A DNA stretch of 64,000 nucleotides from Lingula anatina. Taxonomy: Eukaryota; Animalia; Brachiopoda. The stretch is from positions 19,902,001 to 19,966,000 of the forward strand of contig CM120645.1 of assembly GCA_051362555.1 (NCBI GenBank), given 5' to 3'. Of the stretch, positions 26,272 to 38,527 are shown piece after piece (positions within the stretch are counted from its first letter, which is position 1; every line of letters begins with the position of its first letter). The notes under the pieces were generated by a model. That model ran no database searches. It had not been told where the DNA came from and worked only from the letters and a program-made list of their open reading frames with translations. The position numbers and the translations under genes were made by a program.

Positions 26272-29200
26272 ATGGACGGCTCCAGTGGAGCTGGCGGAGC
26301 AGGGCGAGGAAGAGGTGGTTTACCAAAATTGAGGGAGTTACTCCGTCGGCAGCGAAGAGATTCAGAGGTAATACGAAACAGGTCTTAATTAAGCATATTT
26401 ATTTAGTTGAATACTAGAAACATCTTACTACATCGAGCTCTTTGAATTAATTGTTCACGTCAGAATTTGACACTTGAAAATTTCATTCTGACGTCTTGAA
26501 ATTTCATTTAGATCAGTGAAGATATCAGCTCCATTCTTATTCAAGAAATTAAAAATAAGATTAATAAAAACCGTGTGTAAGCTATGCACTGAAAGTAAGT
26601 GATGATCACCTTTATGTTTCTGTCGTCTAGCACAACTTGATGAATGCATCAATTTAAAGCTAGCGTGAAATTAACGTTACGTACTATTTTTTTAAATAAT
26701 CATTACATTTAACGTGTCATCCAATTACTTTTTTAGTCATAAGGTGTACTTTCATTTTGTTTATCAGACCAACAGTGAGTCGCCAGACCTGGAGTTTATA
26801 TATGATGATGCTGATAAATACAATTTGGAAATATCAGGTATTTTTATAATATTTTTTATTTGAATTATTTTATTTATTTATTTTGTTTTATCTGAAATGA
26901 ATAGGCCATTTACTATTATACATATTTTCTCTTTATATCCAGCTTTTCAATTTTTTGTTAGACATCAGTAATGTATAGGTGTGGTTTATCAGTTGCAGGG
27001 AAATTAATGTACTCTTCACAAGAAAGTAAAAGATACAGCAAGAGATCATGCAATGTATTCCTAAATGATGTCATATACAAATTGATAATGAATGGTGTAT
27101 CTGATATATACTAAGGCAGATATTGAGGACAAACAATCAAGCTGACCGAAATGATCTTCTTGCATGTATGTGATATAAGCTGTTGTAATATACTGGTCAT
27201 TTATTGATTTGCCAAAAGTTTGTCGAAGTCCACATGTGTTCTAATTATATTTGTATATTCTTGCAGAACTCTACAGCTATACAGAGGAAAGTGAGTTTTA
27301 TCAAAACAGAAAATGCTTCGAGGAATATTTGGAAAGAATCAGTGAGTAAATCTTAGACTATAAAACTTAACTTCAAACATTTTGATATTTGCGAGAAATT
27401 TCATGTACATTAACAAAAAATGTCCCTGGGATAGGTGTACAATCCTTTTTAGTCTAGCCTGGATTAGATTGTAAAAAGATGTACAAGATATGAATTTATG
27501 CCAGAGTAGTTAAGTGCCGAGTTAGTATTTTTAAATCTAATGTTACCTGAGGCTGTCTTACTGTAAAAATATGTGTGACAGAAAAGACAGTGATGCTTAA
27601 AAGGTTTTACAAATTTTTAGAAATAGCATAATAGAGTTTCTTGGCAGGTTAAATCATAATTTTCATGCCTTGTGTGATTTCAAAGAATTAGATTAACCAT
27701 CATTTGTTTTATATATATATATGAAATTGTTCTGTGTAACAGCAAAACAGAAGTGGACAGACCTGAATGAAGCTGCCAGAAAGATGCACATCCTGAGGCT
27801 CCTAGACACAATAGAGGTCTCCAACAGGCAGGCCAGGATGGAGGCTGTCAGGTCTCTACTCTACTTGCTACAGGGTAAGTGAGCTAGGTTCTAAGGCCCC
27901 TGCTGTGCTTGTTACAGGGTAAGTGAGATAGGTTCTAGGGCCCCTGCTGTGCTTGTTACAGGGTAAGTGAGATAGGTTCTAGGGCCCCTGCTGTGCTTGT
28001 TACAGGGTAAGTGAGATAGGTTCTAGGGCTCCTGCTGTACTTGTTACAGGGTAAGTGAGCTAGGTTTTAAGGCCCCTGTTCTACTTGATACAGAGTAAGT
28101 GAGCTAAGCTGTCAGGTCCCTGCTGCACTTGTTACAGGGTTTTCAGGTCCCTGCTCTATTTTTTACAAGGTGAGATATTTTCTGACAGTCTTCCGAATTA
28201 TCTTTGTCGATCCATCTTCCATTTTTAACTGTCTTCTGACAGAAAAATTTAGATACCCATCAATGTAAACCTTAAAATCTTACCATCTTCCAAGACCCAG
28301 GAGACGGCCTTGATCCATCCCTGGGGTAATTGAGCTAGATTGTCAGGTCCTGGCTGTACAGTACTTGTCACAGGGTAAGTGAGCTTGGTTCTAAGGTCAC
28401 TGTTCTGCTGGTTACAGGGTGAGTGAGGTAGGTTACAAGGTCCCTGCTCTACTTGTTACAATGTAAGTGAACTATGTTGTCATGCTCCACTTGTTACAGG
28501 GTGAGTGAGCTAGGTTTACTTACCAGTCCAATGCTGTACCTGGTCCAAGGATAGTCCTATCTAACATATATTTATTTACTTAGGTATATTAGAGTATATT
28601 TTATTAACGTGTTAACCATATTATTTAACAGGTTTCTTTGGTGAATGTGATCATGAAGAAGATCAGGCTTACTGGTGCCGCTATCATGTGTTCTTGCTGT
28701 ACACCTGTGGAGCATTCCAAGCCCTTATTGAGCTGCTTAACATGGAGATGGAGTAAGTAGCAGGGGAGGGCTTCACAAAAGAAATGAAGAGTGCAAATGG
28801 GTCTTTAGTTTTTCAAATTTTCGAAATTTCAAAAATCATGGATTTTGCTATAATTACAAAATTCAGCAAGATAGCTCAAAATTACAATATGATTGTGACA
28901 TTTATTTTTGTAAAATATATTGTAGGTCATAGGAGTCAGTTTTCAGGACATTGTGTCAAAAATCCATAAAATTTATGAAGGAAAAAACGTTTTTAAGATA
29001 TTGGTACCAGGTGTGTTTCTGTTATTTCAAAAATTACTTGTTCCAGCATTGATTTTAGTAGCCAGTTACTTATTTGATGCAAAGAATTGGTGTTATTAAT
29101 TACCTTTCTTCTACAGGAATGGTCTTGCTGCCTCAGTTGCTTTAAGAAAACCAGCTGTGTCTCTTGCTGACAGTACAGATCTTAGGTTGGTATGACTTAA

Positions 29201-30352
29201 GAGTATATTAAAATTACAGATCTTTGTTTGGTATGGCTTAGATTATATTAACAGTACAGATCCTGGGTTGTTACAGCTTAGGGTATATTGACAGTATAGT
29301 TAAGTCTTGTTTGACCAATTGATATATATTTTTACTAGACAGTGTATGACTGTAAAGATGTTGTAATTTATATTTTACTTGATTTCATTACTTTCTTTGC
29401 TTATATTATTTTATTGATTATTGTTTAGATTTTCAATTGGTCAAGTGTTTATTATCTGTATAATGGTAAAAAATAATTTTGAAAATGTGGGGAAATTTTA
29501 CGAATTCAAAAAAGAATTAAGTATGGTGAAAAATGGACAATTTTTATTTATTAATTATTTGTGTTTGATTTTCATGATTTTATTACCAATTTATTTCAGA
29601 GTTATCCTGAATGCTCTTTACATCATGATAGAAACCATGCGGATTGATGATGAAAATGATTCAGATGAAAAAAAACAGCTACAAACTAATTTCAAATTGG
29701 AACTCGGTAATGATGTGCATTCATTCCATGTTTTCCTCAATTGTTTAAGCCACAAAAGCAAAATTTTTTAGATTGATTTGTTGGATTTGAATTTGATAAA
29801 ATCAGGAAATAACATCTGTGTTGCCTAAAATGAGTACAAGCATGATCAATTTTTTGTCAACTTATTGGTACTGAAACAATTTCAAATTGCTGACTCTTAT
29901 AACTTATAAGCTTATTGCTTTGAACCTATTTTGACAAAAACACTTTTTCTCCTCTCCCCCCCCCCCCCCCTTCCATTCTGCCTCTGCCCCTTCGATCCAA
30001 AGGATGTAATATTAATCTGGTGAAATTTCAGCTGACTATTGACTTCCAACTTTTTGGGAGCCCAAAATATCATTGGCCTAGGCAGCTCCAAGACCCCAAG
30101 ATATATTTTCTGACTTTTTCACTAAATGGTATTCTCATCCCTGTTTAACTTTTTAATGTTTTATTTTAAATAAAGTGCACTTAACCGTGTCCATTTTCAC
30201 CTGTGTCCAGGTCAGCCGGTCAGTGGGGAGGACCCTCTGGCCATTGTCCTCTTCAACATGGTCACCAAGTTCTGCAGTGGCAGTGCCCCACATTTCCCCA
30301 TGAAAAAAGTGCTCTTGGTTTTGTGGAAATCTGTACTGGTGAGTGGATATAT

Positions 30353-30395
<43 letters not shown>

Positions 30396-32356
30396 TGTCA
30401 GACATATTTTTATTGTTATATCTATTTATATTTTATCTACTAACTGCTGCTTTGGTTATGTTTGATGTTTGAATTTGAATGTGTCAGAATAAACATTGAT
30501 CTGATAAAACTGTTCAGACATACTTTGTCTGAAGTTATCAGTTCTAAGAAATAATTAGATAGCCTGATTGATTGATTGTACAGTTCATTTTTGGAGGCTG
30601 TGAGATTAATTCAGTTTTCTTTGTTAAAACTTTTGAAATTATTTCTGGGTCTCCTTTTATTCTTCAAGACATCTCTTGGTGGGTTAGATGAAGTACACGA
30701 CATGAAGAACAAAAAACGCGCAGATGAAAACCTTCCTCCTCTGACAGAAAACACTCATGCTGTGTGCCGTCACATGAGGGCCGCCTCACCTCCCGCCTCT
30801 GCTGCAGATCTCATAGAACAGCAACTGCCAAAAAGGAATTATAGAGGAAATAATAATAAAAAGGTAGCCACCTTTTCCACTCTGTATTTTCAAAATGTAA
30901 TTCTTTTTTTGCTGTATTCCTTCAATCTGATCAATTTATTATGTGCTTTCAAAACATTTATTTGATGATCAGTTTATTTTGTAGTTACACATACTAACAT
31001 GGTCACCTAAAGATAAAGTTTTTTTCCGAAGTGGTGATCTGTTTGAAAATATGAATATACTTAAACGTACATATGAACTGAACATCGGTGGAGTATGGGT
31101 TCCTTTCTACTAGTTTCTTGTACAACTCAAATAAATTCGACATACCAAGGGATAAATTGAATAAATCACTCAATCAGCCATAAAAGAGTTTAGACTGGCA
31201 CTGCTCCTTTCTTTAAAATTTTGGTCAGAAATTTTACCTATTTATCTGACCTACTTTTCTGTCCCATTTACCTACAGCATAGAAAGCTAGCAGAAAAATC
31301 CATGTAAATATCATTTTTTGGGCAATATTAAATAATGCCTTTTGGTAATTCTCTTAGTTAGGTATGCTGTTGGCAACTATATACTGGCATTTGGCTGGCT
31401 TTTGTGACAAAAAATTGACTTCATATGCATCTTTAACATCGTCACGATGGTGGCTATGTAATGAAATTCTATTTGTGCAGAAGCTTTATTTCTTTAAAAT
31501 TGTTTCATGCCAGGGTCTTGTGAAACAGAGCAGCATGGAGGATCCATTTGAAAGCATGGATGATGAGATCACCAGGGAAATAGAGGCTAGTAAGGAGGGG
31601 AGTGAAGATGACCCCATCCAACCCCCCTCACCACGCCCAGAGACCCCAAGACCTGAGACCCCGCCCATACCTACCAGTAAGGGGTTGCCATGGATACCTA
31701 AAGTCAGGTTAGTGGTAATGAGCAGGATTCTGTTGGAAATGATAAAAATTTTTATTGTCATCATGATAGTTGAAAAATTGTGTGTCCTTTTATATTATTG
31801 CAAAATGTTTTATCTCTCTTTTAGGCCTCCATTGGATTGTGATTTTATTTTCCTCCTTTGTTGTGCATGAGTAACCAGCAATAGAATATCAGAAAGTTTT
31901 ATTTTTACTTATTGAAAAATTGTTTGATTACAATTGATTCTAGTCTAGATGTTTCACCAGCAGATTTTGTAATAAAATGATCAGTATTTTGATCAGAAAA
32001 TTTACGGTTGAAAGTGTAAGGTAGGTTTCAGGTAATTTACATTTTATGATGAAAAATATCATCAATTCATTCCAAAAGACAAAAATTTAAATCATCAAAA
32101 TGCATTTAGGTTATTTTTGATCAAGGCACTAAGACGTCAAAAAAAGAGGTGCTCTGTTGTTGATCATGCTCAGAGCACCCTTCCTTCTGAGCCAGATTAT
32201 TTGCTTTGGACTCCTAAAGCAAGGTATGGGAATGGGCCTATTCACATTTAAATCTCAACCAGTTTACTGTGCTGAATTTGCTGTTGCACTGTTACATACT
32301 TGGGGGGGGGGGGGGGGGAAATATACAGCAAGAAACTTGGCTGTGAATGGGCCTTG

Positions 32357-32404
<48 letters not shown>

Positions 32405-35283
32405 CATAATTTATCAGTTCCAGTTTCCCTGTTTTTGTTACTGAGTTCTTTTATTTCATAATTTTAATGTTTTTTTTTATTTCAGTGCCCTGCTGATATT
32501 TGCAGGAACTAACCATTTTGTGACATTTTATTATAATTATTGTTTGTTTGTTTCTTTGTTTTTAATAGCAGATTGTTATGACATTTTCAGGAAACAATGT
32601 TGATTTGGTTGTTGTATTAACTTTAAATTTTGCAATTTCAGATATTTGCTAATGCTTATAAAAACATCCCAATTAGTACATTAAAATCAACAATTTCTCA
32701 AAGTAGCAAAGATGGTAAAATAAAAAAATACCTACTGAAATATCATTTTAATTTCATCAGTACATTGAGAAGTTAAATGCTGCATGATTAAAATCTTTTT
32801 TTTTTTTTCAGACAAAAAGACCTGGAATTGTTCTTGGAGCACACCAGGGCCAAGTTTGTTGGTCTTACAATCCGAGGAGATTTAAACTCTATGGCTGGGT
32901 TACCTCAGCCTATACATGAGGGGGTCAAGGTGCTGAAACAGGTGAGTTTGGAATTGTTTTTTTTTTTTTTTTTTTTTTTTTTTTTCTGTCAGGCTGAGTT
33001 TTTTTAGATAATTAGAAACTCACCTCCACTAACAGCAAATTCTCGACCAATTTGTATTTCACAAAAAAATCTTACAGATTTCAAATCAAATTTCTATCTA
33101 TAAACAAAACCCCTTGAGAAAATTGCAATTATCTTAACTAATGCCAAATAAGGCCAGTAATTCTTCAAAACTTTAACACCAATATTGCAAGACCGCTTTG
33201 TGTAGTCAGCTTGAATTTATACTAAGCCCAGGACCCTAAAACTTATGTGACAGAAATATTATAGCCTTTCATTGTTTTATTATACATACATACATATATA
33301 CTTACTTTTCAGCATCTGTACACATCTCTGGCAGAAATACAAATAAAAAGAGAAGAAGAAATATCCAGAAATCCTCTTTCTATGGTAAATGTTTGGCTTT
33401 GTTGTTCTGTTTTGCCATTGTTGTCAAAGTAACCATCTTGAGTTGAGTATTGTTGTGTTTGGAACATTTGCTTCAAGATGTACTAAAACTTGTAGTTTGC
33501 AGGTCAAAATTGTGTAGTGTATTTCAATATGTTATCCTAAATTTACAAAATATACATAATATACCTGAACAAATAAAGATAAAAGTGACATTTGTTTTCA
33601 ATGTAAACAGTTGTTGTTTCAGATTTAGAACATTTACTCTCTTAAACCATGTACAAAATACAGGTACAAAGACATTAAACAAAATAATAAAAGTAAGCAA
33701 ATACTCAAGCATATGTGTCTGTTAATGCTGGATAGTCTATCCTTTCGTAAATAAACTAAATGAATTTTCAGCCGGAGACCAATGTTCCAGTGACACCAGC
33801 AGAGATTTTGTACCAGGCAATGCTGCCCAACTTGCCCCAGTACATGGTGAGTTTTTGTGCTTAGACAAAATCATAGCAGCTAATAATAATAATAAAAGTA
33901 ATAAATTATTTCATAGCATTAAAATAAAAATTCAAATACACAATTACACTTGAGACAGTTTCACCTTTAAAAACATCAATGGGTTTCAGCAAGACCACAC
34001 ACTGACACATTATAAGGCAGTATATCTCATTTAAAAAAGGCATGTTATTATTTGTTTTGTTTGCATCCATATCCTTCTGTTCCAGATTGCACTATTGAAA
34101 ATCCTCTTGGCGGCAGCACCTACTTCAAAAGCCAAGACAGACTCAATCAACATCTTGGCTGATGTTTTACCAGAGGAGATGCCGTGAGTATATTAATTAG
34201 ATCTAGTGTTATTTACACAGTGCATCTTGATTAAAATCTATTCTCTGCTAGGAAAGTTTGTTCAAGGGCATCAGCACTACTAATGCTTCACTGCAGAGAT
34301 GGGAAAATATTACAAACCAGGCTTAAATCTCTCGCCTTGATTAAGAGAATTCTAATTATAATTTATGAAATGACATAAGGCAAGCAGTGCGAGGTAAACA
34401 GGTTTATGGGTTGTAATTTTGTCAATGGTTTTGGATTTGGTGTACCTTGATGATTTAGGAAAAGGTATAGAAATGTCCAGAAAAATTAAATTTTCTGTAC
34501 GGATGGTAGTCTGTACATATAGCCATTGTGACTTGTTTCTATAATATAAATAAAGATTTAATAGTATATGTGCTTCATTAATTGGTAAACTATATAAAAC
34601 ACAACAGATATTGGCAGTATTGAGGTGAGATATTTGAAAATCTTTCTAGGACCACAGTTCTTCAGTCTATGAAACTGGGGATAGATGTGAACAGACACAA
34701 GGAGGTCATTGTCAAGGCCATCTCTGGACTTCTACTCTTACTACTGAAGCATTTTAAACTGAATCACATTTATCAGGTATGTGATGGCGGGATTGAGATT
34801 GGGAAATAGATTAGAGGGTCATTTTCCTTTTTGATTTTGATAATTAAATAATGATAATCATAAGTTCTTTCAGTTAATGCTACACCTTTGTCTCACTCGG
34901 TGTGCAATTTTCAGATTAAAAATTAAATTTTCAAAACACAGGAAATACTTTGTGCAGGTGATAGAATGTACATTATCTGTATTTCTGAACGACGGTCATC
35001 AACATATTTAGAATATTCTTAATAATTACCAGATATTTATGTATTTACTGTAGCAATAACTATTTCAGAGGTATATGTGCTATGTTATTAAGAGTATGAG
35101 TAAACGTGATTAGATTTTAAATCTGTATTTATATAGTAATTATAATTTTTTGTAATTTTATATGGAATTTGTTTTAGTTTGAGTACATGAGTCAACACTT
35201 GGTGTTTGCCAACTGCATACCCCTGGTGCTGAAGTTCTTCAATCAAAATATTATGTCATACGTTGGAGCTAAAAACAAGTAAA

Positions 35284-35327
<44 letters not shown>

Positions 35328-37003
35328 GATGATAATGATGTTCATTATTGGATAATAAATAATGAAAATGATACACTGGTAATAAGAACAATGCAGTTTA
35401 TTAATGATAATGACTATGAGAATGGGAAAGGAATTTTACATGATAATTTTCTTTGCTGTTTCAGCATCCCACTGTTAGATTTCCCAGTGTGTGTGATTGG
35501 TGACCAACCTGAGCTCACAGCAGAGAGTCTGGTCAGTGGGAAGACTTATTTATTTATTTTGATAGAAATATGAATTTACCTCCAAATGCTTGATGATTGA
35601 CCTGGTTTTCCAGATTCATTATCCTACGAAAGCAAAAACATAGTCATGTAATAATATAATTTCAGCTTATAATAATGATAATAATAATAATAATAGTTTT
35701 AGCCAATAATGATTATGATATCAGTGATAGTAATAACAGTTGAGCTTTTCTGTGATCAACATTCAATTACAATGCTCCTATCTGATGTAAAAATTAGTAA
35801 TAGATGCACACAAACTATAAGACTGAATATTTATTTAAAATATTTTTCTTTTTAGGAGGCAGGTGATGATCTACAATTTTGTTGGAGGAATCTCTTCTCA
35901 TGTATCAACCTCCTACGTATTCTGAACAAGCTGACGAAATGGAAGCATTCAAGAACAATGGTATATAGGTTTTCCTTTGTTTTCATCTAAGTGGAATGAA
36001 ATGTTTGAATCGTGTTGAAAAAGAAATTAAGTATCTTCTCCCCCCCCCCCCCCCCCCCCCCCAAAGTCATATTTTTGTCCTTTTGTCAATAACTGACAAA
36101 ACTTAATAAAGAGAAAAAATCTAATTTTGGGGCATTTCATATAGATGGGTCATATCACTTTCAAAGACAGAATTTGAAAATTCATGGAAAATCAGAAAAT
36201 GAATAGTTTTACTCGGTTTGAGCATTTCATTTGTTATTTTATCTTCACTTATTTACTTTTCGACAACTTTTTTGTTATAATATGGTAGTGTATTTTTCAG
36301 ATGCTGGTGGTTTTCAAATCTGCCCCAATTTTGAAGAGATCATTGAAGGTGAAGCATGCTATGATGCAGCTCTATGTGTTGAAGCTACTTAAAATGCAGA
36401 CAAAATATCTGGGAAGGCAGTGGAGAAAAAGTAACATGAAAACGATGTCTGCTATCTACCAGAAAGTGCGACATCGTCTTAATGATGATTGGGCTTATGG
36501 GAATGGTAAGATTGCTGGAATGTTTTTGTATTAGTTGTATTTAGTTTTTAACTAGTCAGACATACATGTACAATCTTGTGGTGTCCTCATTCAAACATTG
36601 TGATTTTGAAAAGTATGGGAAATGCTGTCATTGGTAGCATTTCTTCTTATAACTTCCATCCCATTCTGCCACCAACCATTTCTCTCTCTCCCTCTCTCTC
36701 CCTCTCTCTCTCTCTTTCTCTCCAAAATGTTAACTTTTTTTTCTTTCTTCAGACATGGATGCCAGACCTTGGGACTTCCAAGCCGAGGAGTGTGCTCTAA
36801 GATCTTGTGTTGAACGCTTCAACAATCGTCGCTACGCCACCAATGGCACCGACCCAGAGTTCAAGCCAGTGGATAATTGTATTACCAGCGTGTTAGGGCA
36901 GCACATGGACCTTCCACAGGAGTTTAAGGAGAATTATGAAAGATGGGTGGAGAGAGAGGTGTACTCTACTCAGATTGACTGGGACCAGCTTCTAAAACAT
37001 TGA
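26272..37003 (+). CDS. STRIP1: Striatin-interacting protein 1 homolog (STRIP1/FAM40, STRIPAK complex), 20 exons, 805 aa
   Basis: join(26272-26367,26768-26837,27267-27341,27743-27874,28632-28752,29117-29185,29600-29706,30211-30338,30669-30863,31514-31707,32812-32941,33313-33384,33772-33846,34086-34183,34650-34776,35178-35278,35465-35531,35856-35960,36301-36505,36753-37003). All introns are GT-AG and the 2418 nt stay in frame. Hallmark motifs: [132 protein letters not shown]. Confidence 0.97.
27842..28550 (+). repeat. 44-bp minisatellite derived from the STRIP exon 4 / intron 4 junction (~13 units)
   Basis: Unit GTAAGTGAGCTAGGTTCTAAGGCCCCTGCTGTGCTTGTTACAGG; donor-like GT at 27875, 27919, 27963, 28007, 28051, 28095, ... 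28375, 28419, 28463, 28501. Confidence 0.92.
28172..28323 (+). mobile_element. MITE family A copy, 5'-truncated, inside the STRIP intron-4 minisatellite
   Basis: Internal sequence GAGATATTTTCTGACAGTCTTCC...GACGGCCT matches the other copies. Confidence 0.8.
29169..29300 (+). repeat. ~40-bp diverged minisatellite derived from the STRIP exon 6 / intron 6 junction (~3.3 units)
   Basis: GACAGTACAGATCTTAG|GTTGGTATGACTTAAGAGTATATT, AAAATTACAGATCTTTGTTTGGTATGGCTTAGATTATATT, AACAGTACAGATCCTGGGTTGTTACAGCTTAGGGTATATT, GACAGTATAG. Confidence 0.8.
32234..32354. mobile_element. Small PIF/Harbinger-like MITE in STRIP intron 10
   Basis: GGGCCTATTCACA ... TGTGAATGGGCCT inverted ends. Confidence 0.55.
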
Positions 37004-37474
37004 TGTTTTTAATGGACTTGAAAATACTTCATCAGTTTGAAGGAGGATAAGGAAGGCTGATCCAGGGCATGCATCTCCTATGCCCCCTCATCCCGCCCTC
37101 ATTCCCCCCCCCCCCCCCCCCCCCCCAGCTTTGTATGTACCCCCTTCTCTCTCAGAAAGAAAAACCAAAACAGCATAATGAATGAAATGTAACGAAACAA
37201 AACTGAACAATTGTTTCATCTCTGTACCCAGCACATGATAGAAAAATTGATCTCGTCACCTGTTTGGTATTTGCATAGCAAAATTATTTTATTCCCCACC
37301 CCACCCCCACTTTATACATGAAGGTTCCCCACTTTACTCACTAGTTATGCTTGGCTATAAGCAAATGAGGCTTGTGGAGCGCAATGTTTTACAGGTATAA
37401 ATAGGGTACCCATTCCCCTCCTCATCCCCACCAGTGGATAACTTTTGCATTAAATTTTGTAAACCCATCATTAG

Positions 37475-37642
37475 CAGGGGCGGATTTAGGCTGTCTTCTG
37501 GGTCTTCTGGAAGACGGTCAGATTTTCAAGTTTACATTGACAGGTATCCAATTTTTTCTGTTGGAAGACGGTCAAAAATGGAGGATGGATCAACAAAGAT
37601 AATTTGAAAGACTGTCAGAAAATATCTCTGGATCTGCCCCTG
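37475..37642 (-). mobile_element. MITE family A copy in the predicted STRIP 3'UTR
   Basis: Reverse-complement full-length copy; TSD not conserved (ATTAG/ACAAG). Confidence 0.85.
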
Positions 37643-37763
37643 ACAAGATGCAGTGGTTATTTCACTGTAAGTTAATGCCTGATAGATTTCAGCTTCAACT
37701 TAAATGTGTTATCATTGTGAAGATTGTCAGATGTATTATTACATGTAACTTCATACAATGACT

Positions 37764-37769
37764 AATAAA
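37764..37769 (+). terminator. Likely STRIP polyadenylation signal (AATAAA cluster 37764-37796)
   Basis: Three AATAAA hexamers ~760-790 nt after the stop codon, followed by T-rich sequence. Confidence 0.5.
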
Positions 37770-38337
37770 ACGTAAAATAAATAAGTCAAAAATAAAAACA
37801 ACAATATAAACATATCTAGCAATTCCTTGATGATTTTAGTCTTCTTTAGGTTTTTCAAATAGTGGGACTATCAGAGGATTATCTGAAATTTACTTGCAAA
37901 ATCTTACATTTAAATGCATGATGTCTAATAATGTGCAGTCCCAATCGAAAAAAGCAACTGAGGTTATTGAAGTACCGTTGGTAATCATGTGGCATTAGTA
38001 GTGTCTGTGCCAATGAAAATCCCTTATTGTGTGCCACAAAAAAGCTGAGGCAATTACCATACATACTTTTCGGTGATCCGGCAGTATTAGTATTGGCTGC
38101 ACCAATAAAATATTTGTTGAAAGGACTACTGGCAAACGAAAACAGGCAGTTTGCATTTGGCACTGCAGAAAACATCTAGGGTTACCAGCATTTCTTTTCT
38201 CCAAAATGAGTAAATCTTACATCAGACACGCGTTGCCAAATTGGATTGAAAACTATTTTCATCGACACTAAAGTTTAAGAATGCAGATACCGTTTTCATG
38301 CTGGTGCCTGCGTAAGAGAGGAGCAAATGTCAGTTTT

Positions 38338-38527
38338 CAGGCCCGTAGCCAGGGGGGGTTCCGGGGGGGGGGGGGGGGGGGGGGGGGGTTTCGAAAGAAC
38401 CGCCCCTTTTGCTGGGAAAAGGTCCACACTGGGTAAAATTTGATCTAGGTACATGATGTTTTTATGGAAAAAGGTCCACTTTTTCAGAAAACGAACTCCC
38501 CTTTTAAAATTGCTGGCTACGGGCCTG
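38338..38527 (+). mobile_element. MITE family B (CAGGCCCGTAGCCAG...CTGGCTACGGGCCTG), TSD GTTTT
   Basis: 15-bp TIR, 5-bp TSD, internal poly-G; a homologous left-truncated copy lies at 11404-11564. Confidence 0.87.

Noticed and set aside
27842-28550. Regularly spaced repeats as a CRISPR-like array (also 45161-45318)
   Set aside because: Whole units are homologous with no unique spacers; eukaryotic context; no cas genes.
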